Position numbers and translations under genes: made by a program
Shown: positions 31,801-43,849 of the stretch, piece after piece
Numbering within the stretch: the stretch's first letter is position 1
Layout: every line of letters begins with the position of its first letter
Notes under the pieces: generated by a model
The model's input: the letters and a program-made list of their open reading frames with translations, nothing else
Told to the model about the DNA's origin: nothing
Database searches by the model: none
Source: Chrysomallon squamiferum
Taxonomy: Eukaryota; Animalia; Mollusca
DNA length: 64,000 bases
Assembly: GCA_012295275.1 (NCBI GenBank)
Contig: CM022674.1
Span: 4,836,001 to 4,900,000 of the forward strand
Direction: 5' to 3'

Positions 31801-32187
31801 TCACATCCCATAAAATTAAAAATTAAAAATAATTTTAAATATTTTTTCTTTTTAAAATATGATCTACCTCTGTATTCAAACATATTAATGTCAACAATAA
31901 AACAGAATCCTTGATATTTGAAATACACTTTTTTTTTTTAAAAATCACTTTTACAGAACTCCGCTTACAAAAGACGTAACGCAGAGATATTCATTTTTAC
32001 CCACCTGAGTGCATTTTGATCGGTTAACGAATTTGGCTGGTTGCCATGACGATTGGTTCAGAATGGGGTCAGCTCTTTTTTCCGATGTCTGGAGGGCAGG
32101 AAAAGCATCGTCATAGGTTGGAGGCTCCGCATCGAAAGCCTCGTCTTCAACATTCGGCACCACCTCAGAGTTTGTTGCCATGTCCAT
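14094..32187 (-). CDS. HDLBP: Vigilin (HDL-binding protein, multi-KH RNA-binding protein); 23 coding exons, about 1252 aa after correcting two 1-nt frameshifts
   Basis: Repeated KH signatures (HRFILGKSG, HKYIIGPRG, HRFIIGKKG, HKHIIGKGG, HNSIIGAKG, HKFLIGKGG, HRHFVARRG, HRFIIGQKG, HPKIIGRKG, HPRIIGAKG), N-terminal PTYDDAFPAL and C-terminal GFVVKNAPW...DDFPAFG...WGP. All introns GT-AG; phases consistent except exons 12 and 16. Confidence 0.97.
15207..15425 (-). CDS. HDLBP: Vigilin exon 23: EDMVNVEVRIDRRIHPRIIGAKG...LQEEF
   Basis: tgaag| ... |gtaaga; 219 nt. Confidence 0.94.
15840..16061 (-). CDS. HDLBP: Vigilin exon 22: RLQSFEVTVDIDPKYHPKIIGRKG...VQEY
   Basis: tacag| ... |gtaagt; 222 nt. Confidence 0.95.
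16450..16810. repeat. Degenerate 60-71 bp tandem array next to the vigilin exon 21 donor
   Basis: ttttcaaagataaactcttaaaac and aatattattttagtc recur. Confidence 0.75.
16822..17061 (-). CDS. HDLBP: Vigilin exon 21: NLVPVTEEVTVPFDFHRFIIGQKG...EQEDR
   Basis: ttcag| ... |gtaaaa; 240 nt. Confidence 0.95.
17865..18004 (-). CDS. HDLBP: Vigilin exon 20: (A)AIPEEEAVVNG...CDTIFITGKPENCEEAKAALL
   Basis: tctag| ... |gtgaga; 140 nt. Confidence 0.92.
18590..18731 (-). CDS. HDLBP: Vigilin exon 19: DAQVTTECIIEQKYHRTVMG...PVTNG
   Basis: gacag| ... |gtaggt; 142 nt. Confidence 0.92.
19418..19636 (-). CDS. HDLBP: Vigilin exon 18: DNIEELRFNVDPKHHRHFVARRGEVL...VADL
   Basis: tccag| ... |gtaagt; 219 nt. Confidence 0.95.
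20410..20544 (-). CDS. HDLBP: Vigilin exon 17: VRESTGARIIFP...LIKNL
   Basis: ttcag| ... |gtatgt; 135 nt. Confidence 0.94.
20915..21000 (-). CDS. HDLBP: Vigilin exon 16: QLSSYTAELQAKP/QYHKFLIGKGGANIRK (contains -1 frameshift)
   Basis: tttcag| ... |gtaaaa; 86 nt where 87 is needed; missing base at about 20962-20964. Confidence 0.88.
21675..21893 (-). CDS. HDLBP: Vigilin exon 15: ANIKEISVDIPHRLHNSIIGAKG...TSEK
   Basis: aacag| ... |gtatgt; 219 nt. Confidence 0.95.
22776..22907 (-). CDS. HDLBP: Vigilin exon 14: IRDETDTKIDLPSEN...IQKQL
   Basis: ttcag| ... |gtacag; 132 nt. Confidence 0.95.
23347..23433 (-). CDS. HDLBP: Vigilin exon 13: IESNYQAQVHIFKGFHKNIIGKGGTNIRK
   Basis: tttcag| ... |gtttgt; 87 nt. 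Confidence 0.94.
23941..24160 (-). CDS. HDLBP: Vigilin exon 12: ENEKSKDIIIEQRFHK/TIIGAKG...MHEDM (contains +1 frameshift)
   Basis: gtcag| ... |gtgcga; 220 nt where 219 is needed; extra A in the run at 24111-24115. Confidence 0.9.
24656..24795 (-). CDS. HDLBP: Vigilin exon 11: (I)TRIKNETGVAIRIP...MAHRM
   Basis: cttag| ... |gtaaat; 140 nt. Confidence 0.94.
25406..25484 (-). CDS. HDLBP: Vigilin exon 10: KNRMDFAEISVDQRFHKHIIGKGGSN
   Basis: tttcag| ... |gtgagt; 79 nt. Confidence 0.94.
25946..26050 (-). CDS. HDLBP: Vigilin exon 9: VHIEFTEGQDKITVEGPPEEV...IQDL
   Basis: ggcag| ... |gttagc; 105 nt. Confidence 0.94.
26515..26622 (-). CDS. HDLBP: Vigilin exon 8: ANSVVFASVLAPHWLHRFIIGKKG...YTK
   Basis: tttcag| ... 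|gtaaat; 108 nt. Confidence 0.95.
27500..27790. repeat. 49-bp tandem array copying the vigilin exon 7 donor
   Basis: tttgtgtgcttaccttcgagtacaccatagtgag with donors at 27769, 27720, 27671, 27622, then two degenerate units. Confidence 0.92.
27770..27976 (-). CDS. HDLBP: Vigilin exon 7: KRKCQTVSVEVGKSQHKYIIGPRG...MVYSK
   Basis: ttcag| ... |gtaagc; 207 nt. Confidence 0.95.
28424..28794. repeat. Nested tandem duplication (154-bp and about 100-bp units) including the vigilin exon 6 donor
   Basis: ctataccttttcttcgtagatcatcatgat at 28611 and 28765; tatttcgcacacagattcagcattaacc three times. Confidence 0.9.
28771..28986 (-). CDS. HDLBP: Vigilin exon 6: AKLSFERLPVLKVFHPFICGP...IYEEK
   Basis: ttaag| ... 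|gtatag; 216 nt. Confidence 0.95.
29052..29327. mobile_element. Non-autonomous pogo/Tigger-type DNA transposon (MITE), 276 bp, in vigilin intron 5
   Basis: TA target duplication on both sides; TIR CAGGTTGAGAA...TTCTCAACCTG. Confidence 0.88.
29737..29943 (-). CDS. HDLBP: Vigilin exon 5: ANVQLKIPREHHRFILGKSG...ISDEQ
   Basis: tttag| ... |gtatca; 207 nt; KH domain. Confidence 0.95.
30608..30723 (-). CDS. HDLBP: Vigilin exon 4: (N)VTIEISLARDQSL...KLQTQ
   Basis: gaag| ... |gtaaat; 116 nt; completes phase 1. Confidence 0.92.
31528..31636 (-). CDS. HDLBP: Vigilin exon 3: VFTVPLEERRFKEM...KICKDIMARK
   Basis: ttcag| ... |gtaaga; 109 nt; conserved VFxVPLEERR. Confidence 0.93.
32005..32187 (-). CDS. 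HDLBP: Vigilin coding exon 1 (gene exon numbered 2 here): MDMATNSEVV...SKCTQ
   Basis: ATG at 32187; acceptor ttttcttcag before 32228; donor CAG|gtgggt; 183 nt, phase 0. Confidence 0.9.
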
Positions 32188-32207
32188 GCTCAGAAGTCAG
32201 TAGACAG

Positions 32208-32778
32208 ATCCAAGTCGTACAGTACTTTCTGAAGAAAATAACAAATAACAAATAGTAACATTAAAACAGTATTTCAAAATATCCAAGTCGTACAGTACTT
32301 TCTGAAGAAAATAATCAATAACAAATAGTAACATTAAAACAGTATTTCAAAATATCCAAGTTGTACAGTACTTTCTGAAGAAAAAATTAACATTAATAAT
32401 AAATAAAAAATAACATTAAAACAAAATTTTAAAATATTTAAGTCGTACAGTACTTTCTCAAGAAAAAAATTAACATAAATAACAAATAGTAACATTAAAA
32501 TAAAATTTCAAAATATCCAAGTCATACAGTACTTTCTGAAGAAAAAATTAATAATAAACAAATAGTTAACATTAAAACAAAATTTCTAAATATCCAAGTT
32601 GTACAGTACTTTCTGAAGAAAAAATTAACATTAATAATAAATAACAAATAACATTAAATTAAAATTTTAAATATCCAAACCATCCAGTACTTTCTGAAGA
32701 AAAAATTAATAATAAATAACAAATAGTTAACATTAAAACAAAATTTCAAAATATCCAAGTTATACAGTATTTCTGAAC
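32208..32778. repeat. 73-82 bp tandem array, about 8 units, each copying the vigilin first-coding-exon acceptor
   Basis: atccaagtYRtacagtactttctgaagaaa recurs with acceptor CT at 32229, 32302, 32375, 32457, 32536, 32613, 32694, 32773. Confidence 0.92.
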
Positions 32779-35700
32779 AATAGCCACTATTAATTGGAAT
32801 CCAGAATTTTCAAACTTTATTTTGTCTCTTTCCAAGTTTCTTCGAATTGATTGTGATGAACAAGAGAGGAAGACAGATTAATTATCTATTTTTATTAATT
32901 ATCTGTTTTGATCAGCTTTAAAGATATTTTTTTCTATATATATATATATTAAAATTGCATAATTTGCATATAAAACAATTGCACATGTGGAATTCAAAAA
33001 ATTAAAGATAGATGAATAATATTTTGCATATGCATTTCAAAAAAACAAAAAAAAATACATACATAAATGCATGCATGCATATACATATAAAATAAAATAT
33101 TTTTTTTAAAATGCATATGTAAAATATTAAACATCTGTTGCAAAACTCAACATAAAACATCACTGATAAGTTAGAAGATTCATCTGCTGTAATTTATATG
33201 CATATGTGTTAAGTTTTTTGTTATGTATCTGCTTTTCCAAAATATATAATCTGTCATTACAGGAATTATATACATCATTTGCATACACATTAAATGTCAT
33301 AAAATTGTAATTTATAATATAAATCCATCCATCCATACCACCAAATTATCATAAACAGGACATAAAATTAATGTTACATAATACGCACAGCAGTAAGAAA
33401 ATTGCCACCTATTTTTTTTTTTTTTTTTAATTAAATTTTTTCATAATTTACTCCATACATCATTACATGATGGTCCAAGGACAATTATGACTGTTAAAAA
33501 CAGTACTGAAGCCAACAGCAGAACAAGGAGTAAATGCTTAACAGTATTTCAGATGTGATGTTTATAACAATTCAGACAGAGATATCAAGAGAAAGGTATG
33601 GAATGTCTCCTACTCTTAAATCTTTTCGTTTCAATTCTTACTGAACAATAATACAAAGTTTTTGTTTATATTGATATACATGTCTGCTTGTTTTGAATGA
33701 CACACTATGTACGTTACGTGAATACACTGACAACTGTGTAACTGATTTACAAGCTGCAGATAATCAATAGCATTTCTTAGCTGAACAAAAACACAATTTT
33801 GTTTTTATTTAAATAAATAATATGCAAATGTTACCCTTCACCGATTACATTAACGAAGCAGTTTTTCCTGCTGAACATCACTTACAATTTCGTATGTAGC
33901 CAGTAAACACAAATAATGTTAATTATTCTAATTTCTATGCAAGCTAGGTAGTGTTATTTCTGAATAAACAATACTTTCTGATACAGAATTATTAATTTTT
34001 TTGTTACTGTTTTTAAAGCTTCTTCATGTAATTCTAAAACTAAACCAGTTTCAAAAATGTCTTGAAGTACCTATTTTTAGCACATGTATTTATAAACTAC
34101 ATAAAAATGACACACTGATAACATGAAATGTTTTAAAGATGAATAAACCAACAAAACATGAAAGTCAAAACTGTTTTACATTACAAATGTTTATCTTGAG
34201 GATACACTCATTTTACTGAGTATAAATTTTTTAATTATTCTCGTATTTAAATATAAAAAAACAATAATAAAAACGAAATTTGATTTGCTTCAAAAATGCA
34301 ATACAAATAAATGTTGAAAACCTAGAACATGGCCTTTTATTAAAATTCTGTTTATTTCTGAATTAAAAAAATACAGATATGCAGCTTAATACATTTTTTT
34401 TTTTACTTGCATTGATCATTAACAACATAGCTCCAGATACTACTAAGGAAATGAACAAAAATAAATATTTAACAATCACATCTAGATTTATTCATCAAAA
34501 ACACTCCTGTATGTCAAGCATCCTCATTTAACAAATTTCAAAAATAAGTTGATTTGTTAAATTCATTTTTTTGGCATCACGAAAGAAAAAATTCTTATGG
34601 ATATGTTCATCATCCTTGATCTGCAGCTACAACTGCTACTTTTTATCAGACACAGAATATGGTAGCCTCAAAATAACTAACAATCACTTGAGACGTGTAA
34701 GCTAAAACTGTATAATAAATAATGATAATAAAAATACAGGTTTGACAAATGTATCCTTCAGGAAAATGTTGATGAAACATGTCACCAAATCAAAAATCAT
34801 TTGTAATGTTTTTATATGCTTAATACTAACACACATACACACACACACATATTAACTTGATATTATATTAAAAAACTATTTTATTTTGCTTACATAAAAT
34901 GCATATTTGACACATGTACTTGTATATACAGTTATTATATAGTAATTTGAAAAAAATAACAATTTAATGCATATTGTCAGTTGTTTTATGTTCATGAAAA
35001 CATATTCTATTTAAACAAATGTATTTCTGTTTGTAATATTATGACCTGAAAGAGAATACCTACTGACATTAAAACAGTATTTACCAATTCTGAATTTTGT
35101 ATGTGCATCTTCCAATACAGGCTGAATGGCAAGTGTATGTCACAATCTTTGAATTTTTTGTTAAACCAAGAATTGTGATATCCGTAATAAAGTCACCCTT
35201 TTTCCAGGTTAATCTGTGTTTTAATTCATCACATTTTAAAACAGAGATCAAAATGAATGTTACAACTCTAAACTACTTCAGAGGTTTTACATAACTCATC
35301 GTAGCTAAGGTGAGAATTATTACATGAACCTGTTAAATTTATCTTGCATGTATATTCCCCATAATTAATACAAAATTAAAATTAAATATTACCGAAGAAA
35401 AAGTACACAACAAAAATGATTAAGTAATAAACTCAGTCTTGTGATCAGAAGTAGAACAGCAATATACTGCCAAGCTGGACACACTACAAATTCATTTAAT
35501 CATTTAAGGTTGAAAATCTCTATATAATAAACTTATGTGATACAATTTAATTTCCATATTGAGTGACAAAAATCCATTAAGTGTCTCTCAAAACAAGTTA
35601 ATGATACGATTTCTTAACTTGTAAAATCTTTAAAACATTTCATCCGATTAATTTCAAGTTTATATTTTAATCATTTTTTTTTAAGCAGTAATATTCGATT

Positions 35701-35835
35701 AATGTTAAAAATTATATTTATATCAACAAGTTATCAGTACTTATTTTGTTCGTTCAGTTATGTTTGAAGACTGATCATTTCTTGTAAAGTACCAAATCAG
35801 TCGACGTGTCATGTTCACGAAATATCGTATCTTAC

Positions 35836-35910
35836 CGTACTGCGTCCGCAAAGTTCCGTCCTAAGGATTCCTATCACCTTCCTTTAGTTCCAATGTGGCT
35901 AGTGTCAGCT
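35836..35910 (-). other. HDLBP: Probable non-coding 5'UTR exon of vigilin (75 nt)
   Basis: Strong acceptor tttttctttcag| and donor ACG|gtaaga around a GC-richer island without ATG. Confidence 0.65.
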
Positions 35911-36001
35911 CTGAAAGAAAAAACAATATATGACAAACTAATACAGACTGATAAATTATCATAAAATGCAGACGAAAAAACAACCATAAGTCTCAACTCA
36001 C

Positions 36002-36190
36002 AAACCACGTATCAAAGAACTACAAGTAAGGCTATCCCATGCGATGTCAAACCTTGACAGGCGGTGCGTGATATTCCTACGCCAATGCAAAATTTTCAAT
36101 GAAAGGTTATTGTTGATTGGCTGAATTGTGCCAACTCAAACACTTCCCGTTAGGATAAGCCAATAAATGTTACGTTTCCAAACCGCTTGG
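36002..36190 (-). promoter_or_regulatory. Probable vigilin first exon and promoter
   Basis: Consensus donor gtgagt at 36001-35996 (91-nt intron to the UTR exon); CCAAT/ATTGG boxes at about 36082, 36116 and 36160; CpGs reappear here. Confidence 0.55.
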
Positions 36191-37536
36191 CACTAACGAA
36201 ATGTTTTTTATACATTTTATAAAAAGTAGGTATTTTATTCTTGTCTATTTATCACTTTGTATCCGTATTTAATATTGATCTATTTATAGATCGAGAGAAG
36301 AAATATTTATTTTATTCTTCATTGTTTGACTATAAGCATCAAGTGTTACTTTTGTGGCGGAGTACTTTATCTAAAGTTCAAAGTTCATAGTTAAATTCGT
36401 TTCGTTAATCTGGTTATGGGAACGATATAGATTGTAGCAAAATAAATAAATATAAAAACATTATTATTAAATACTTAATTCACGAGAATAATAATAAAAA
36501 TATGGATATACTGAAATCTGGGTCGACAGAGAAAAATATAAAGTTTCATTTGACGCTGTGTTAAAGATTTCAATTAAAGTACAAACTTAGTCTACCGGCA
36601 ACTACTCCAGTTTTGTTCATTACACTTCAACAATAAAATGCAAGGAAATACACACATCACAAAAAGGTTTGGCAGTTTAATGTCTTCGCATTTTCATTAG
36701 TTATTCAGATATATATTTAAGAAAAATATTACGCGCATCCTAAAACTGTCCGCATTTCGGCAGTAGAATATATAGTTATGTTAACTTAAATTCAAGTGGT
36801 ATTAATTATGTCACGGTATCATTTATTGCTTTTAATCAGTAACTCGTTGTATTTTGGAACTTTATTGTTCAGATAATTATGTGATAATAATAATGACTGA
36901 TGTCTGTATTTAAATGAGATGAATAGTTATTTCACCAAAAATGGTGTATGACGGTGAAAATAAAAATCGACACGTACTAACGCAAGTGGAAGCCAGAAAA
37001 AGTGTTATATTTAACAATGGATTCTACACTTTTTAAATCTACGGTTTTTGTGGTGCCAGAAAAATATATTCAGTACAAAGTAGATAATAAAAACAAAATA
37101 AGTTGTTGTCACTTGAAAGATTGCTCGTTTTCTATTTGAACCGAACGACCTTTTTTTTTTTTAAACAATTACATGAGCGGCACTGATTCATCCGCAAAAT
37201 AATAATAATAATAATAATATATTAATGTGTTTTGAATGTTTCCGATGTCACCCTACTTTTTGAAATGCTGGTATCCAGTCCCACTGAAGATACAAACTTT
37301 CCACTAAAAGATCAACTGATTTTTTTATATAGGTCACTTTTAACCAGTCTGAACTTTTGTCATTTAGTGTATACAAAATTGCGACACAATCTTCAAATCA
37401 CGTGACATCGCCTAGTCGCGTCGATATAATGACCCAGTTCCCTGACATATGGATGTTTAATTTTAGTCTTAAGGGTTGATAATAAAAAACATTTATCATT
37501 TCGATTATGAGTCGTTTAAGTTTTGAAAGAGTGCGA

Positions 37537-37583
<47 letters not shown>

Positions 37584-37663
37584 CTTTCTCTCAGTCTCAT
37601 CTCACAATAATATATATAATTATATTCCTTACTTAAAGCAGTAAGTAAATGTTTATGGATGGA

Positions 37664-37709
<46 letters not shown>

Positions 37710-37994
37710 TTGTTATAAAACTATTCAAAATACTATTTAAAATATAGAAGAATTTTAAAGAAAGAAACGTCTGCCAGTGTCTGTTTTATATATTTAAAAA
37801 TGATTTACAAATTGTTTGTTGATTATCTCGGGTTTCAAATAGATTCAGTCATGCCCAGTAGCAAAGACATTCGGCTGATATGATATGCAAATTAGTGCGA
37901 TAAACCGAGTTCACGGACCCAGGGGGAGATTACTCTCGTTGCATCATTTTATCATATTTTGTGCTGACGAAAGATATTTATTATTATTATTATT

Positions 37995-38038
<44 letters not shown>

Positions 38039-39630
38039 TATTATTATTATTATTATTTATTATTATAGTCATAACTTATATTTGTAATATTTGTTTCTTT
38101 TTTAATACCAATTTTTGATTTATTCAATCTTCTGATTTTTTCTTCTTGCTTTATTCTATTATTTTTTTGTTCAATTATTATTTATTCCTATTTTTATTTA
38201 TTTATTTTTTCAATTATTATTTGTTCTCTTTTTTTCGTTTATATGATAATGATAATAATAACAACAATAAGAACAACATCAGCTACAACAGCAACAACAA
38301 CAACAACAGCAACAATAATAACAGTAATCTGATTTGTCACTATTTCCTGACACAATAATAACACTTACGTTTACAGTTTCTATTCTGTCGTTTTAAATGT
38401 CGTCTGGGGTTCATTTCTCTCGCAACATCTATTTAAGATCATTTGATACGCAACCAATAAAATAACTCTTGTTACGAATCGATAAGAATAGTCCACAGAG
38501 TGGTAACATCTGTTGCCTCCTCCACCCCATAATCTTCGATATCTATACGTCAGAGCGCGTGGTGAAGCTGTTTGTAAATAATTACGTATTTATTCATTCG
38601 GTCAAGTCGATTTAACCCTATTAGGTAGTGCACGGACACAGGTCCGACCGCAGAAACTGTAATGCTGTTGCATTACATAAAATTAAACTAACGAATTTAG
38701 ATTTTGTATGCATGAATGTATGTATGCATAAAAATATGCACATACACTCATACACATGCACATTGTAGGCTCGTCTTAGATGTGGGTACTTTCTAGTTTT
38801 TAATTTTATTTATTTATTTTTATTTTATTTTATTTTATTTTATTCTTTATATATATTATATTTACTGTATAATAAAATACATTTTTTATGGTTGCCTATA
38901 TTACTTTAAAACACCCATAAAACGTATTTTAATAGATATGAAAAAATATATAGGAAATGTTCTTAATATAATACAATACACATCTACATAAAATTCAAGA
39001 ATATTCTTACTGAAGAAATATATAAATCATTAGTATGAATATTGTAAAAACATTAATTTTTAATATACATAATGGAGTTCTGTTCTTTTTTAACGTATTT
39101 AAATTAAAAGGTATACACATTTAAAAAGCCAAACATATACTCACACACATACACACATTCCTTAATGAAAACGGAACGCACACAACATACATAGATGCAC
39201 ACAACACTACAATATTCTTAAATTAGGATCAGCAGGATATCAAATAAATATTAACATATCTGATTCACACCCAGAGTAAAAACCTTGCTGTGCGGACAGT
39301 ATTGCTGTAAAACTATTCCTATCCATTAACCGAAGCAGTTTTAATGTTAAATATTACGGAATGTTTTTCCTTGTCACCTCAGACCCGAAAACTAGCCATT
39401 TTTAAAGGTTCTTTTGTGCAATATGCCCTTTCCCACGGAACATACGGGCCTTTGTATTATCTTTCATCGCTCGACTGTAACAACAGCTTCAAAAACTTTT
39501 TAACAATAGTTTCTTTTCATTTGAATAACACAAACGTCACAAAGTGAATACATAAAAGAGACCAGTAAAATTAAGAAAGAGAAAACGTTTCCATTTTTGC
39601 ATCATGTAGGCCAACATCCACGTCATATAA

Positions 39631-39668
<38 letters not shown>

Positions 39669-40253
39669 ACTTGTGATGCAAGAATAGCAGAGATTTTCTT
39701 TTTATTTCTTAAGTTTACGTCTTTGCTTACAAAGAGACCGTCATCAACAGCTTAATCTTTAAAAATAAAAAAGATAAATTAATATAATTTTAATTCGTAT
39801 TTTTATTATTCATCTTTATTATATAACTCATAATATAAGCCGGTTCGTCTGTTGGACGTGACCAAGTTTAAGAGCAGACGTCGCGGTTTCTAAATGTATT
39901 AATCAGTAAACAGACGTTTGTGCTCGTCTAGGATTTCCGTAATGACGTAGATAGCAGGCGTAGCACATTGTATGACATTCAGTGCAGACATAGGTAATAA
40001 ATAATATTATAAAATAGAAATTTCGATTTCCTAATCGATAAATACGGTAACACAAGGTGTCATATTTATTTATTTATATTTATTTATTATTGATATTGTG
40101 ACTTTTGTTATCGTTATTGCTGTTTTTTGATGCTGTTGTTATTGTTACTGTTGTAAATATTATTGGTGCTATCATTATTACTATTATCGTTGTTGTTCTT
40201 GTTGTTTTTACTTTATTTATGAATGGTAGGAGGGTTCACTTTTAAAAAATGTC

Positions 40254-40312
<59 letters not shown>

Positions 40313-42295
40313 TTTTCATCGTTTCTCTTAAATGTACAGGCCAGACGATAATATTTTCTCGTTTTGTCTTATGAATTCCGGGTCTAGTAGCAGCATATGT
40401 CATAACAGTTGTGGTGGTTTATTTAAAGTAATAAAAAAAATAAAATAAAATAAAATAAAAATGTCGTGTCTGAAATAAAAACATGGCTTTAATTATGGCT
40501 GTAAGCCGATACTTCTCATATCTAGAAGTTATCATTATTACTGTGGCAGTCATTTTGTAAAGCCAGTCCCGATGACAAACGAAATTCGAAGACTTCCGAA
40601 TGTAAATAATTGACAAACGTGACGATAGATGGCTATTGTCAAAACTCGAAGCTCATGCAGTTCTTTTTTCAAAAAATAAAAAAAAAATCTCGAATAGTTA
40701 TTGTCATTTGAACAAACTGTTTACTAATTGACATTTCTCAAAATCTTGATATTACTCAGAATATTTAGCAATAAACATAAAGTCAATTTCTATTTTCTGT
40801 TTTGATATGTATATGAGAAATCCTTTTTTCTTCTGTATGTAGGTGTGTGCTGTGTATGCTTTTTTTTTTGTATAACTAATTTATATTTAAGAGTATTAAC
40901 GGAAAATTAGGTTTTCTTGTTTGTTTGTTTTTTTTTCCCCCTTTTTCCCCCCTTTTTTAATCTCTCACTTCACCTTTTTGTTCTCTCGTTGTAAAACGTA
41001 ACATAACTGATCCATAACTATTTAAAAAATAATAATAATAAATAACCAGTAATAAAAACATATACTTCAAAACAACAACTTTTATTACACATTTGTTTAA
41101 TACTTGATTTCCTTACTGTCGTTAAAAAGAAAATACAAAAATAAAACGTATTTGAAAAGTGCATTAACTTGTTACGTAATAAATTTTCAAAACAGATTAG
41201 TATACATTACTATTGTTCTCCGTCTTCTTCTTCTAATAACTGAGATTTTATGTAAAATTCTTATTCCTTGTGTGTGTGGGTCTATTCAAAATTTAGTTTA
41301 AAATCTATATTACATTTTCAATTACTTTTTTGTTAAATTTTTCTTTCTTTCTTTCTTTCTTTATTCATTTCTTTATTTATTTTCAATTCAAATGTAAGTA
41401 GGTGTGACAAATTCTTCTTTTAAAGCAGACAGTATTAAACAAACATTATTTCCCCCAAAAGAACTAATATCAAATAATCACTCGATATATCAAATAAAAA
41501 TTAATTTCGCTTCCAAATAAAAATTAAATAACCAAGTAATTAGTACGTCAACAGTAAAAATTATGAAATGTATAATAATTCTTAAAACAAACCTGTTTAA
41601 GTCAAAATAATTTGGCGAAATAATGTTCTGTTACGTACCATTGACTTAAAACTGAAATATTTGTAGAATACGTGTCACATGCTTACTAATTAAAGGGAGA
41701 TAAAAAAATTTGTGTTAGAAAATGGCTAACAAGAGTTATCGTTACTTACAAAGTTAAATACATTTTGTAATTTTCATTTTTGATTATTTACAAATAAAAT
41801 AATAATAATAATAATAATAATAATAAAGTAAAAATCACAATAATAATAATACCACAACAACAACAACAATAATAATACAATAATAATAATAAAAACAGTA
41901 ACAATAATTAAAACAACAACAACAACAATTATAATAATAAACAAATTGCAAAATACAAAAATGACATCATATTGTGAAAAAAGCTGGAAGGTCATGCACT
42001 TTGATGTAGAATTTACATGTGTAAGTCAACTGTCAATGTTTGCTGATTTGCTTTATATATCTAAATAATGCTTGTGACTATAAACATTTTTTTAAAATAC
42101 CAAACACATTTTTGAATCAAATTATTAAATATGTCAAGATTTGCAAACATTATTAAACTTTATTTTTAGGATAAATAAAGAAAGGAGTTATTTATTTATT
42201 GATTTATTTATTATCATTTTCATCTTCATCATGATCCTCATTATTATTATTTTGTTTGTTTATTTTCTGTTGAATTTAAATTGTTAACTGTCTTT

Positions 42296-42452
<157 letters not shown>

Positions 42453-43186
42453 CGTTCACTCAATATGTCTCTCCATCTGACTCCCTCTGCATAATATTGC
42501 ATAGTCCTCAGTAGCACCAAAACATTTTGTATCTATAAAATATTTTTAATACTATTTCAAAGAAATCAAAACAATAAACAAAACAACTTGGCACAATAAC
42601 TGGCAACAATGTTAAATAATTATTACCAAAAATAAACAATAATATATATATAAAAAATAAAATGTATAACAGAACAGTATTTGTTTTATTAAAAATATTC
42701 AAATAGTTAAAACGTAACCTGAGATTGAAAGAGGCAGCCATCTAGTCTTCTTTAAAACAAGAAAACAAAACAAAACAAAAATCCTGATACAAAATTTTAA
42801 GCATTCTCCCATTTTTTCAAATAAATATCTGTATTATTATTTCATACATGAGTAATTGTCAAATATAAAACTATATTAAGCTTTCATTATACAGCTGGTC
42901 AACCTTATCAGCAGGAATATGGTTCAAGGACTCTCCCAACCATATAAAGATGTCAAAATACAGACAGAGATGCTCAGGACACTAAAATGAAATGACATAA
43001 TTTTACCCTGTACATGTTAACAGCTAGAATCTTCACCTACAGACACTATAAAGAATAGCCAGAACCTAAAGTTTGCAAAAACTCCAAACAAAATCAAGTT
43101 TATTTCAATATTCTAGCTTACTTTATGCCAGCCATGAAACCAATTTACTGTATAATTATTAATATTTTACTTTTTTTTTTTTTTTT

Positions 43187-43231
<45 letters not shown>

Positions 43232-43849
43232 TTTTTTTTTTCATTTTTTTTTTTTCAAGCTGTATATGTCCAAAACCACAGATGCTAAACCTGCAGAAAA
43301 GACTGAATGACTTTATTTCTGAAATTTTTCCAGTACTTGTCAAGTTTCCAATCCTGTTGAAGAATAAATCAGCTGTTGAAATTAAAATTATATTAATTTA
43401 TTCTGTTGTTTTTATATTTCCATTTAACACAAGAAAAAAAACAAGAGAAGTTTCGAGATATTCATAAAAACAAATAACATTAAAAAACAAAGGCAGTGCT
43501 TCTGTTACAAGTTATCTGTCAGACAATAATTTGATTTTTTGGTAATGTAGCTCTATTTGATATCATGATTTAATTTTTTTTTTTTGATCCATCTCGATTA
43601 AAAATCTATGACATCTCCATATAGTTTGTTTTTAAAATTTAAAATTTTGGTTTTTATTGAGAAAACCTGTACTGTTTTTATTTCTAACAATACTGGACAA
43701 GTGACATTGGATTAGTGACGATCTGTTTATACGACTAGCACAGTGTACTACTAATCCGAAAAGTGATTAGTAATGTTTTTTTAAAAATGTAAATGTTACC
43801 AAATTTTATAAAATCTTACAAAGCTCTTTAAATTACATTACATAGATCA

